The notes beneath the pieces are model-generated. The model had not been told where the DNA came from. It saw nothing but the letters and a program-made list of their open reading frames with translations, and did not search any database. Shown here one piece after another: positions 47,178-57,365 of a stretch of 64,000 nucleotides of DNA. The first letter of the stretch is position 1, and each line of letters starts with the position of its first letter. A program made the position numbers and the translations under genes. Source of the DNA: Planctomycetota bacterium (lineage in GTDB: Bacteria > Planctomycetota > UBA8108 > SXIK01); contig CBDCXR010000004.1 in NCBI GenBank assembly GCA_965223845.1, positions 5,568,001 through 5,632,000 of the forward strand, written 5' to 3'.

Positions 47178-47780
47178 CTAGTCCGTCTTTCCCTTGAGCG
47201 TCTCGATCACTTCGTCGACGAGGCCGTACTCGAGCGCCTCGTTCGGCGTCATGAAATTATCGCGGTCGCTGTCCGCGGTGACGTCGTCGACCGAGCGCCC
47301 GGTGTGGGTCGCGAGAATACGCGAGAGCACTTCCTTGTTGCGGCCGAGCTCGCGCGCCTGAATCTCGATGTCCGCCGCCGTACCACCCGTGCCGCCCCAC
47401 GGCTGATGGATCATGATTCGCGCGTGCGGAAGCGAATGACGCTTCCCCTTCGTCCCGGCGGAAAGAAGCACCGCGCCCATGCTCGCCGCCTGTCCGATGC
47501 AGTACGTCGCGATGTCGCACGGCACGAACTGCATCGTGTCGTAGATCGCGAGGCCGGCGGTCACAGAGCCGCCGGGACTGTTGATGTAGACATTGATGTC
47601 CTGATTCTTGTTCTCGCTCATGAGAAACAGAATCTGGGCGATAACGAGCGACGCCGAGTAGTCGTCGATCGACGGGCCGATGAAGATAATCCGGTCCTTC
47701 AGCAGCCGCGAGTAAATGTCGTAGGAACGTTCACCGCGCCCGGTCTTCTCGATGACGATGGGAACAAGGTTGGCGTTCAT
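47178..47780 (-). CDS. clpP: Clp protease proteolytic subunit
   Basis: [28 protein letters not shown] and IMIHQP motifs. Confidence 0.97.
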   Translation of the reverse strand: MNANLVPIVIEKTGRGERSYDIYSRLLKDRIIFIGPSIDDYSASLVIAQILFLMSENKNQDINVYINSPGGSVTAGLAIYDTMQFVPCDIATYCIGQAASMGAVLLSAGTKGKRHSLPHARIMIHQPWGGTGGTAADIEIQARELGRNKEVLSRILATHTGRSVDDVTADSDRDNFMTPNEALEYGLVDEVIETLKGKTD

Positions 47781-47958
47781 TCGAGATGGCTCCTGGTTGC
47801 TCTAATCAGCCTCGAGAAGTCGGGGGCGCCGCGGTCGAGTGCGGACGAACACCGGGGCGGCGTCGACCGCCTTCCTCCCGGAGGTTCGACCTCGAGCGCA
47901 CTGGATAGTTCGGCAGAAGGGGCCCGGAGAGTTCACGCTTCCATCGCTTCCGCGGGCG

Positions 47959-49533
47959 CTACTGGGAGTCTGAGTCGTCGCCGGCGGCAGCACCCGCCTC
48001 GGAATCACTCGCCGGCTCGTCTCCCGTCTCCGCCGTCGCTTCGCCCTGGATATCGGCCTTCTTGCGGAGAAAATCGCGCACCTTTTCGTGCCGAATCGAC
48101 TGACGAATCTCGCCGAGCTGGCCGCGGCGCTCGAGCATGTCGCGCAGGAATTCGGGAGTCGTCCCATAACTCGGGGCGAGAGAGGCGAGTTCGCGATCCA
48201 CCGCCGACTCCGTCGCAAAGATCTTCTCCTTTTCGGCGATGGCCTCGAGGATGAAGTACTTCTTCGCGCTCAACCGAATCTCGGCGTCACCCTCGGTGTC
48301 TTCGGCCGCCTCCTTCGCGACCGTTTCCTTGGCCTCCTCCGCAGGAACGCCCTCGGCGAGGAGCTCACGCTCGCGTTCCGAGCTCCGGCGACGCACTTGC
48401 TCGCGGACGAGCGCCTCGGGTACGTCCATCTCCGTTTGCTCGGCTAGCTTCGTGAGAACGCCATCGGCGATCGCGTGCTCGGCCTGTCGCTTCGCTCGCG
48501 TTTCGAGCGACTCGCGGATCTCGGTGCGCAGCTCCTCCACCGATTCCTTCTCCCAAGCCGCGACGATCTCGTCGACCTCGGGGAGCTTCGATCGCATCGC
48601 CTCGCCGTCGAGCGTCAGCTCGAGAGCGAGCTCGCGCCCGCGAAGAACCTCGTCCGGGTAGTGCGCCGGAACCGTCACCTCGACTCGGATCGGCTCCCGA
48701 TCCTCCGGCTCCCCGCCGAGCTCTTTCCATTTTGCGACTCGGTCCGCGAGATCTTCGATCAAGAAATGATCGAACACCTTCGAATCCGGACGGAACGTCG
48801 CGTCCTTGCCCGAGTTCACCTCGGTGTCGCCGTCGAGCAGCCGGTACGCCGCCTGATGCCGGTCGTCGGCGTTCGCGCTGTCGACCGCGATCGGCTCGCC
48901 CTTCGCGCTTCGTCGCCGAATATTCTCGAGAGCCTCGTCGACGTCGCCGTCCGATACGGCGTGCGACACGGCCTCGACTTCCACGCCCTTGTAGCTCGGC
49001 AGCTCGAAGTCCGGCCGCACCTCAAACGTCGCTTCGTAGGTGAAATCGGACTCGGCGTCGCCGCCGGACGAGAACGTCACCTTGTCGAACTCCGGCCGGG
49101 AGAACACCTCGAGCTCTTTTTCCTCGACCACCTCCGCAAACGATGTGTGGAGGATGGATTCGCGGACTTCGGCTTCGATCTCCTCGCCGTAGCGGGCCTC
49201 GAGAAGCTGACGCGGAACGCGCCCCTTGCGAAATCCGCGGATCTGCACGCTCTTGGCGAGCTCGCGGTAGCTCTCTTCTAGTTCACGCTCGACGTTGTCG
49301 CGAGGCACCCGCGCGACCATACGCCGCTTGCAGCCGCCGAGATCCGTGATCTCCGCCATCGTCCCGAGCGAATCGTCCTCGTCGGCATCGCCCCCATCGC
49401 CCGCGTCTTCATGCGCGGGGTTCGAGGCATCCGCCTCCGCGGCATCGCTCTCGATGTCCGTCACGTCCCGCGCGTCGTCCGGCGCTCCGGTCGGATCGGG
49501 GGTCCCCGTGGGATTCTCCGTCTCGGTCGGCAT
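47959..49533 (-). CDS. tig: Trigger factor with acidic terminal extensions
   Basis: GFRKGRVP ribosome-binding motif; tig-clpP-clpX gene order. Confidence 0.92.
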   Translation of the reverse strand: MPTETENPTGTPDPTGAPDDARDVTDIESDAAEADASNPAHEDAGDGGDADEDDSLGTMAEITDLGGCKRRMVARVPRDNVERELEESYRELAKSVQIRGFRKGRVPRQLLEARYGEEIEAEVRESILHTSFAEVVEEKELEVFSRPEFDKVTFSSGGDAESDFTYEATFEVRPDFELPSYKGVEVEAVSHAVSDGDVDEALENIRRRSAKGEPIAVDSANADDRHQAAYRLLDGDTEVNSGKDATFRPDSKVFDHFLIEDLADRVAKWKELGGEPEDREPIRVEVTVPAHYPDEVLRGRELALELTLDGEAMRSKLPEVDEIVAAWEKESVEELRTEIRESLETRAKRQAEHAIADGVLTKLAEQTEMDVPEALVREQVRRRSSERERELLAEGVPAEEAKETVAKEAAEDTEGDAEIRLSAKKYFILEAIAEKEKIFATESAVDRELASLAPSYGTTPEFLRDMLERRGQLGEIRQSIRHEKVRDFLRKKADIQGEATAETGDEPASDSEAGAAAGDDSDSQ

Positions 49534-49670
49534 CGATCCTCTGTTCCTCATTGACCAAAGAAGACGCTCTCCGCCGCGAGCGGACGGCCGCACTCTGCGC
49601 GACGTTCGCGGTCGACCCCACCGGTGGTCACGGCAAACGACTCGGGTGGGTCGACGATGCGGGCGAGTCG

Positions 49671-49706
49671 ACAAAACAAACCGGCGACTCGAACGGGGAG
49701 TCGCCG
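49671..49706 (-). terminator. Rho-independent terminator upstream of tig
   Basis: CGGCGACTC/GAGTCGCCG 9-bp stem followed by GTTTGTTTTGT on the minus strand. Confidence 0.65.
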
Positions 49707-49948
49707 ACGACGAGCCGCTGGATCGCCAGCCGCGCTGCGCCGGGCGGAAGCGCACCGGAACCTATTCCGCCACCGCAGGATCTGAATCGAGCGTCGGATG
49801 AGCGGCCACCCTGATCTTCACCGGGCCGAAAGCACTCCTCCGGCCGGTGCGGCGCCACCTCCTTGTCGGTTTACGCCCTACGGCGGCTCGCCGCTGCGCT
49901 CACCGAATCCGGCGAGAACTCCGGGTTAGCTGCTCCCCGAGCGAGTTA
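49671..49948 (-). ncRNA. Candidate structured non-coding RNA or leader, family not recognised
   Basis: Bounded by a sigma70-like promoter and a terminator, with several internal hairpins and no convincing ORF. Confidence 0.4.
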
Positions 49949-49953
49949 CCGGT

Positions 49954-49981
49954 AATATATCCTCGCTTCGAAAGAGTGCAA
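49954..49981 (-). promoter_or_regulatory. Sigma70-like promoter
   Basis: TTGCAC-N16-TATATT on the minus strand. Confidence 0.6.
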
Positions 49982-50117
49982 TACGCCCACCCCGAATCCA
50001 AGCGGTGACGCCGCTCCGGTCGTGGTAGAAGGGCCCGTTTCGCCACGCCGCCCAGACGAGCCCGAGCTCCGCTCGAAGGCGCGCGACCGCCAACTCCCTC
50101 CGTGTAGCTCCGCGCGC

Positions 50118-51392
50118 ATGATCAAAAAGACCGAAGAAGTGCTCAGCGTTGAAGGCCTCGTGATCAACGATCCGCCGAGCGGCGACAGCGAGTTCTCGCG
50201 ACGGCGGATCGAAATCGATCGAGCGACGGGGAAGATCTCGACCGTCGGGCCGCCGCAAGGTTCCGGAGATCTCGTGCTCGACGACGACGCGCGGATCTTT
50301 CCCGGACTTATCGACGTCCACATCCACGCGCGCGAGGACGTCACGGGAAAGGAAAGCTACAAAGAAGACTTCGGTTCCGCGGGGCGGGCGGCGATCCACG
50401 GCGGCGTCACGGCGGTCGCGGAGATGCCGAACAACCCGGTCGCTCCCGTCGACGACGACTCCTACCGCGACAAGCGCGCGCTGACGAAGTCGAGTCCGGC
50501 CGACGTGCTGCTCTACGCCGGAATCGGTCCGGCGACGAGTCCGCTCAGCTTCCCCGTTCCGTACAAGGCGTTTATGGGCCCGAGCGTGGGGCAACTCTTC
50601 TTTCGCTCGGACCCTGAGCTGCGCGACGCGCTCGCTCGCTATCGGGGCCACCGTGTTTCATTTCACGCGGAGGCTCCCGAAATCCTCGACGCGTCCAAGA
50701 ACGAGCCGACACACGCGCGCCGACGCCCCCCCGAAGCCGAGATCGTCGCGATCGAGCGCGTGCTCGAAATGTGCGACGGATTCGACATCGAGGCGAATAT
50801 CTGCCACGTGTCGACGGCCGGCGGTCTCGAAGCGATCCGCGACGCCCGAGCGCGCGGACAGAAGGTGACCTGCGAAGTGACGCCGCATCATCTTTACTTC
50901 GATCAAGACATCGCGGCGAGCTTTCGCGAGCCGGGCTTCCTTCAGTGCAATCCGCCCATTCGGACGCGGCTCGATCGCATCGCGCTTCTCGAAGGCCTGA
51001 AAAGCGGCGACATCGACTACTTCGCCACCGATCACGCGCCGCATACGCTCGAGGAGAACGAGCGCGGAATCAGCGGCATGCCCCACCTCGATACGTTCGC
51101 GCCGTTTCTCTTCTGGCTGCGAGACGAGGGCGTCTCGTGGAACGCGATCTTCGGCGCCTGCTGCCGCCGGCCGGGCGAGCTCCTCAGCCGCTACCTCCCC
51201 GACCTCTACGGCCGCGTCGCCGAAGGATTCGTCGGTTCGCTCAGCGTGCTTCGCATGTCACCGACTCCGGTGCGACGAGGCCACCTCGAGACGCGCGCCG
51301 GCTGGTCGCCGTTTGAAGGCGTCGAGTTTTCCGGCGCGGCGAGTCACACCATCGTGCGCGGAACGCTCTACACGAACGAAGCGAGCGACTGA
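50118..51392 (+). CDS. Dihydroorotase/allantoinase-like amidohydrolase
   Basis: PGLIDVHIH, GGVTAVAEMPN, CEVTPHHL, CNPPIR and ATDHAPH motifs. Confidence 0.85.
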   Translation: MIKKTEEVLSVEGLVINDPPSGDSEFSRRRIEIDRATGKISTVGPPQGSGDLVLDDDARIFPGLIDVHIHAREDVTGKESYKEDFGSAGRAAIHGGVTAVAEMPNNPVAPVDDDSYRDKRALTKSSPADVLLYAGIGPATSPLSFPVPYKAFMGPSVGQLFFRSDPELRDALARYRGHRVSFHAEAPEILDASKNEPTHARRRPPEAEIVAIERVLEMCDGFDIEANICHVSTAGGLEAIRDARARGQKVTCEVTPHHLYFDQDIAASFREPGFLQCNPPIRTRLDRIALLEGLKSGDIDYFATDHAPHTLEENERGISGMPHLDTFAPFLFWLRDEGVSWNAIFGACCRRPGELLSRYLPDLYGRVAEGFVGSLSVLRMSPTPVRRGHLETRAGWSPFEGVEFSGAASHTIVRGTLYTNEASD

Positions 51393-51621
51393 CTTCCGCG
51401 CCGCTCGTCCCGCGCTCAAGTTCCGAGAAGCTGGCGCGGAGCATCGTCGGCGACGCGCCGCAGGCGTCGTGCATCGCTCACGCACATTCTCGGAACTCTC
51501 GCAAGCCGCGGAGCCGAGAACCCGCGCGTTTGGCCGCGTCTCGCCGCGCGTTGTACTCTCTGATGCCGGTTGCGAGCCCGACCGGAACACGAGACCGACA
51601 TCTCGGGACGCGGGGACACTG

Positions 51622-53670
51622 ATGCCATACCTAAAGGTTTACGACGGCCAGGAGAAGATCCAGTCGCTGGAGCTCACCGGCGAGGTCGTCTCGATCGGAC
51701 GCGACGCGAGTAACGCGCTGACGCTCCCCGATCCAAGTGTTTCCCGTCACCATGCGCAGGTGGAGCCGAAGGGGAACTTTTACGTCATCCGAGACAACGG
51801 CAGCACGAACGGAACGTTCGTGAACGAGATGCTGGTTCGCCTCCAGCTGCTCACACAGGGCGACAGCATCCGCGTAGGAAAGTACGTCGTCCGCGTCGAA
51901 CTCGAGCGCACCAGCGACGACGAATCGACACGCGTTCGAGTCGAGAAAATCCGTCTTCCGAGCGGGGTCGAGGACACGGCCGAGTCGAGCGACACCGACT
52001 CCTCGGACGATCGCAGCGCGGACGAGCGCCTGACGCGCCTTCGCAGCGTGCTCTCGGAGATTGGATACGTCGACACGGTCGACGGCTTGCTCGGCCGGGC
52101 GCTCGAGCTCACTCTCGAAGAGCTCGAAGCTCATCGCGGAGCGATCCTCCGCCCGGACGATCGTGCCGGCGAGGACGGCGAGCCGAGCGGGCTCAGTCCC
52201 GCCGTCTACCGGAGCAGCGAAGACGAAGATGCCGCGACCGGGGAGGACTTCGTCGTTCCCGAAGAGCTCATCGAAACTGCGCTCCTCCGCGGTGTCGCGC
52301 TCGACGCGGTGGCGCCGCACTACGGTTCAGAAACGAACGTCCCCTGTCTCGCCGTCCCCCTTCGCGATCGCACCGAAACGCACGGCGTGCTCTTCGTCGC
52401 GCGGAACGCCGAAGCGGAGCCGTTCTCGCCGGCGAGCCTCTGTACCGCGAATCTTCTCGCGAGTCGCATCGCGATCAGCCTGACCAACGCGGAGCTCTTC
52501 GCCGAGGTCACGCACATCAAAGAACAGATGAAGGCGATCTTCGCGAACCTGGTCGACGGGGTCGTCGTCACGGACACGAACTTCCAAGTCGTCGAAGCGA
52601 ACGCCGCCTCGACGGCGCTCCTTCAAGTCCGCGACACGAATCTCCTCGGTCGATCTTTTCTCGAGTTGCTCGAGACGCACCGGCTTCGTCCATCGCTCTC
52701 GGCGATCGAGACCGCGGTTGCGCGCGAAGGGGGCGTCTTCGAAGTTCAGATCGAATCCGAAACCGAACGGGACGAGGAGAGAGACGAGCCCGGGCGGCGA
52801 GTCCTCGCCGGGGTGATCAACCCGTTCCCGAGCGCACGCGATCCTCAGGGCTTCGTGATTACCCTTCGGGATCGCTCGCAGGCATGGCATCTCGAACGGA
52901 TCAAGACGGTGTTCATCGAGAACGTCTCACACAAGCTGCGGACGCCGCTCACCGTGCTCACGGCAACGCTCGATCTCCTCGACATCGAGGGCGAGCCGCC
53001 GGACCAGCAGACGTTTCTCGGACTAAAGGAGAGCGCTCGTACGCTGACGACGCTCGTCGACAAGTTCAGCGAATTCTCCGCCCTCTCGCCCCGCGACGCG
53101 TACGACGTGACCGCGGTCGATCAAGTGGATCTCTGCGCGCTCACGCACGACCTCGCTCGGTCGCTCGAGGAGCTCGCGGCGTCGCGCGACGTCGAGTTCC
53201 ACCTCGATCTTCCCGCCGGGCTACCATCCATCGATTGCCGCGGCGACGGGATCAACCAGGCCCTCTTCGATCTCCTCGAGAACGGGGTCAAGTTCGCCTC
53301 GAGTCCCGGACGGGTGGAGGTTCGGGCGAGGGAATCGGGCGGCTTCATTCAGATCGAGATCGTGGACGACGGTCCGGGCATTCCGAGCGACCAGCTCGAG
53401 TCGATCTTCGACGTCGGATACCAGGTCGATGCCGATCGAACGGGACAGGTTCCCGGCGCTGGGCTCGGGCTCGTTATCGCCCGGCACGTCATCCAGGAGC
53501 ACGGCGGTCACGTCCGTCTCCGTCCGGCCGAGAAAGGAACGCGCGTCGTCGTCCATCTTCCCTGTCCGCCGGATCACGTGCCGCGCGACTTGGATCTGGT
53601 CGAGGACGAAGCAGACGATCTCGGCAGCGAAGAAACCCAGATGATCGCGTTAGAGGAGGCGGAGCATTGA
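51622..53670 (+). CDS. Cytoplasmic FHA-GAF-PAS histidine kinase-like protein
   Basis: FHA (IGRD, VSRHHA, STNGTFVN); GAF; PAS (DGVVVTD, EANAA); SHKLRTPL; LENGVKF, DDGPGI and GAGLGL boxes. Confidence 0.88.
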   Translation: MPYLKVYDGQEKIQSLELTGEVVSIGRDASNALTLPDPSVSRHHAQVEPKGNFYVIRDNGSTNGTFVNEMLVRLQLLTQGDSIRVGKYVVRVELERTSDDESTRVRVEKIRLPSGVEDTAESSDTDSSDDRSADERLTRLRSVLSEIGYVDTVDGLLGRALELTLEELEAHRGAILRPDDRAGEDGEPSGLSPAVYRSSEDEDAATGEDFVVPEELIETALLRGVALDAVAPHYGSETNVPCLAVPLRDRTETHGVLFVARNAEAEPFSPASLCTANLLASRIAISLTNAELFAEVTHIKEQMKAIFANLVDGVVVTDTNFQVVEANAASTALLQVRDTNLLGRSFLELLETHRLRPSLSAIETAVAREGGVFEVQIESETERDEERDEPGRRVLAGVINPFPSARDPQGFVITLRDRSQAWHLERIKTVFIENVSHKLRTPLTVLTATLDLLDIEGEPPDQQTFLGLKESARTLTTLVDKFSEFSALSPRDAYDVTAVDQVDLCALTHDLARSLEELAASRDVEFHLDLPAGLPSIDCRGDGINQALFDLLENGVKFASSPGRVEVRARESGGFIQIEIVDDGPGIPSDQLESIFDVGYQVDADRTGQVPGAGLGLVIARHVIQEHGGHVRLRPAEKGTRVVVHLPCPPDHVPRDLDLVEDEADDLGSEETQMIALEEAEH

Positions 53671-54638
53671 GTCCTCGCGATCCCGCCTATCCTCCCGCCT
53701 CGCGATCGTCCGACTTCTCGGCCCCACCGCCGAGCTCCGGCTCGGATCACGGAACGCAGAACGAGATCGGCTGGCTGAAATCCGAGCTCCTCACGAAGAC
53801 GGCCGACGTCGAGCGCTTGAACTCGAAAGTGCAGCAGCTCGAGGCGGACCTCGACTCCGTCCGCGGCGATTATTCGGCGCAGACGAGCGACGAAAAGCTC
53901 GAGATCCGCACGCTTCAATCTCTCCTCGAGAAGGCGCAGGGAGAGATCGACCAGCTGCACGCACAGCTCGCCCGCCAGAAGAAAAGCAACAAGAGCCTCA
54001 AGTCACAGAATCTGCGGCTTCAGTACCACCTGAACGTCTGGGGCATTCCGGTCGCCGCCGGCGCCGAGGAGAGCGTGCCGGAAGGCGACGCCGAACACGC
54101 GTTCTTCCCGAAGCTGAACGCGCTCCTCGACGGGCTCGATCCGATCCCGAGCGTGCTCCGCGGTGACATCTACACGTTCGACGTGCCGAACCTCCTCCAC
54201 TTTCTCGCGAACTCCCAGCTCACTGGGGTTCTCACGATGGTGGCGAGCGGCATCGTGGCGAAGCTCTATCTCGAGGACGGAATCCTTCGCCTCGCCGGCT
54301 GGAACCGGCGGGAGAACGATCTCCGGCTCGCCGCCGTGCTCGAGAACAAGGTCGAGAGCAGCGTGCTCCGGCGGGTCGCCTACGACGATCAGTACGACCT
54401 CGAGCTCGCCGAAACTCTCCTCAAGGAGGAGGTCCCGGCGGCGACGATTCAGGAAGCCCTCCGCGAGCACGCGAAGGCGATCCTGATGTTTATCTTTCAG
54501 GTCGACCAGGGCTCGTTCTTCTTCCAGCCGGGGAAGCTCCGGCGGCAGCGGTCCCTGCAGTTCAACCTCCCGATCCTCGATCTCCTCCTCGAAGCGGCGC
54601 GTGAAGTCGACCACCGGGAGCGGGACCGCACGGAGTAG
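53667..54638 (+). CDS. Coiled-coil plus DUF4388 (PatA-N-like) domain protein
   Basis: TTG start overlaps the kinase stop; heptad-rich region; LRGDIYTFDVPNLLHFL..SQLTGVL and GSFFF motifs. Confidence 0.75.
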   Translation: MSPRDPAYPPASRSSDFSAPPPSSGSDHGTQNEIGWLKSELLTKTADVERLNSKVQQLEADLDSVRGDYSAQTSDEKLEIRTLQSLLEKAQGEIDQLHAQLARQKKSNKSLKSQNLRLQYHLNVWGIPVAAGAEESVPEGDAEHAFFPKLNALLDGLDPIPSVLRGDIYTFDVPNLLHFLANSQLTGVLTMVASGIVAKLYLEDGILRLAGWNRRENDLRLAAVLENKVESSVLRRVAYDDQYDLELAETLLKEEVPAATIQEALREHAKAILMFIFQVDQGSFFFQPGKLRRQRSLQFNLPILDLLLEAAREVDHRERDRTE

Positions 54639-54806
54639 GCCGGACGGACGGCCGCGACGGCGAGGACGCACGACTCAGTCGACGCGGAGCCGGGAAGACT
54701 TCGCACCCCTGCGAGAGCCAACCCCCGCCTGAAATTGAGCCGGCCGGGTCCGCTCGCGCACGGAACCGGCCGGTCTAGTCTCGATCGAAAGCCGAGGGAA
54801 ACGATT

Positions 54807-55163
54807 CTAGCCGAAGATCATTTCGGGAACGTTTCCGACTTCGATCGCGATCACGACCTCGCTGAGGATGCGCGTCTCGCGTCCGGCGACCTCGAGGACG
54901 AACGGCATTCCCGCCTGAACGTCGCCGGCGAGCCGCCCGCGGAACTTGTCGCCGAGATCGAGGCTCTCGTTCGCGGTCGAGAACCGCTGCATCACCATCG
55001 TGTTCGTCTCGGAGCTCTGCAGATGCTCGCGGACAACCCAGCGGTTGCCTTCGTCGTCTGCCTGCGACAGCCAGTACACGGTGCCACCCTGCGTTTCGAT
55101 GCGGCAGCTGCTGGGGTCGATTTCCGAGAAGTAGCCCGTCTGAGGTGTTTGGTCTTCGGTCAT
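54807..55163 (-). CDS. Hypothetical protein (118 aa)
   Basis: Protein-like composition from MTEDQTPQ onward; GGGGA precedes the ATG. Confidence 0.6.
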   Translation of the reverse strand: MTEDQTPQTGYFSEIDPSSCRIETQGGTVYWLSQADDEGNRWVVREHLQSSETNTMVMQRFSTANESLDLGDKFRGRLAGDVQAGMPFVLEVAGRETRILSEVVIAIEVGNVPEMIFG

Positions 55164-56503
55164 GGGATCCCCCAAAGGGTCCGTCCGTCCGGTAATTCCG
55201 GCGGCTTGGAATGGCAGCTTGCGAATGAGAACTCCGCGCGCTCCTCGGTCGATGATCAACGGTCCCGCGGCGGGAGTGGGATCCCGAGGAGGCTCCCGAT
55301 GTATCGGAGCGGGAGCGCCGAAAGCTTGACCCTCGCGGTGCCAGCGCGACGCCGTGCTCGACGTACAGTCCGAGAACGTAGTTCGCGACTGAGCTCCGGA
55401 AAGCGAGGTACCCGCGAAGAGCGCGATGTGCCGCGGAGACCGACGCGAAACTGTGGCCCCGCGGGGACGAAGCAGGGCGCGGAGCGGTCCGCTCCTCCGC
55501 GGGACACTCAACTCGCGCGAACGCGCTCCGAGCGGATCCCAGGCGACCCACATCGAGTCGAAGGCGATCTCGTCGGGGTGAGCCGGCGCGGCTCCGCCGC
55601 GCCAGCGAGGGGGCTTTGAGAAAGCCCGCGAAAAAACGGGGCTGAAACGAAAATCCGTTCTCCGCCCAGCCCCTCGATCAACCTCTTCGAAGCCCGACGG
55701 CGAGCGGATTTGAATCGACGTTCCGAAGATTCCGTCGAACCGACGTCCGCTCTACCGAGCTCCGCGGGTGGGGTCGAGGACCCCGTCCCACTCACTACAC
55801 CCGTCTCGAACCACGCTGCGGTGGATTCGCATCCCCGAGCTGTGAGCCGAGCTCTCGAGATCGCAACGGAAGTCGCATGAGTTCTGCCGTCCACCCGCGT
55901 TCGCTCGATCGCGCCACCGAAGGAATCGCCCGACGCGAGGGTCCGGCGTGTCCGATCGACGCTTTCGTTGCAGGCGCACAAGCCTTTCGGCTCATGGAGC
56001 GCTTCATGCCACAGCGCAAACGTAGAACGAATGACGTTCAACTTCGCAGCGATCGACAAGAGATGTGGCGCTGATCGTAGCGATGCGTTTCATCCTTGTC
56101 AAGCGACTGATGCACTTTCAACTGCGCTCTCAACGCGACCGCAGCGAATCGTTTTCGTGCGCGCAGCGCTACGTCCGCGCGCTTGCGAACCTCGTGTCGA
56201 AACCAATCGTGATGCGTCGCGCGCGTTCTCGCGAACGCGCACGCCTCGAGTGCTCGAAGCTTGCAACGATCCGGAAGGAACTTCCCGACGTGCGTGCGGC
56301 TCGATCGGGTAGAATTCTGCGCGTCGCTCCTGCGAGTTGGCGCTTTGGTCTTTTGGATTCAGGCGGCTTCCCCGCCCCGATCCAGTTTTCCCGGCACCGC
56401 TGTCCCTGGTTCGAAGACGACGAGGAGAAGGTCGCAGTGCGTTCGGCGTTACGGCCAAGCGCGGGTCGTCCCGCCGCGAATCACTCCGCTCCTTGAGAAA
56501 GCC

Positions 56504-57292
56504 GTGAGTGCGAAGCCCGCCGAGCTGTCGGTCGTTATCCCTGCGTACAACGAAGGCGCGCGCATCCGGCGCTCGCTCGAGGAGATCACGGCCTTCCTCC
56601 GTGAGAACTTCAAACGGTGGGAGGTTCTCGTCGTCGACGACGGTTCGACGGACGATACCGCCGCGGAGACCGACGGGATCGACGGTGTCCGCTACCTGAA
56701 GAACGACGCGAATCGAGGGAAGGGCTTCACGGTTCGCCGCGGGATGCTCGAGGCCGAAGGCGACGCCGTGCTCTTCACCGACGCCGATCTCTCCGCCCCC
56801 ATCCCGGAGGCGCGGCGCCTCCACTCCGCGATCGCGCGCGGGGCCGACGTCGCGATCGCGTCGCGCCAGTTCGACGTGACGACGAAGGTCCGGCGGACGC
56901 CGCTCCGCCGTCTCATGGCCTTCGTGTTCCGGACTCTCGTCAAAGTGATCGTGATCCGCGGGATCTACGACACGCAGTGCGGGTTCAAAATGTTTCGCCG
57001 CGAGGCCGCGCAGTCGGTCTTCCCGCTCCAGCGGCTGACGGGCTGGGGGTTCGACGTCGAGCTCCTCTATATCTCACGCGCCCAAGGCTGGAGCATCGAG
57101 GAGGTCGCCGTAAGCTGGACCGAGTCCGACGAGAGCCGTCTCAGCTGGCGCTCGCCCTTCACTATGATCTTTGATCTGCTCAAGATCCGCGCGAACGCTC
57201 TTCTCGGGCGCTACCGCTCCCCCGCGCGCCGGGACGAAATCCTGAGTGGAGCGGGGGGAGCACCGCCAAACTCGCGCGGCGGGAAGAGCTGA
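56504..57292 (+). CDS. GT2 glycosyltransferase (dolichyl-phosphate beta-glucosyltransferase-like)
   Basis: SVVIPAYNE, VVDDGSTD, NRGKG, FTDADL, DTQCGFKMF and FDVELL motifs. Confidence 0.92.
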   Translation: MSAKPAELSVVIPAYNEGARIRRSLEEITAFLRENFKRWEVLVVDDGSTDDTAAETDGIDGVRYLKNDANRGKGFTVRRGMLEAEGDAVLFTDADLSAPIPEARRLHSAIARGADVAIASRQFDVTTKVRRTPLRRLMAFVFRTLVKVIVIRGIYDTQCGFKMFRREAAQSVFPLQRLTGWGFDVELLYISRAQGWSIEEVAVSWTESDESRLSWRSPFTMIFDLLKIRANALLGRYRSPARRDEILSGAGGAPPNSRGGKS

Positions 57293-57365
57293 GGGATTGC
57301 CGAGCCGACGGGCTGGCGGTACGTTCTCTCCTCCTCCGTCCCCTCGCCCGCTCCGGCTTCCCGCG

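Noticed and set aside
49540-49990. tRNA upstream of tig (GTTCGAGT resembles a T-loop); also 6S, SRP, yybP-ykoY or c-di-AMP riboswitch
   Set aside because: No T-stem or cloverleaf can be built. Only short partial similarities to the other families were seen, without their core motifs.
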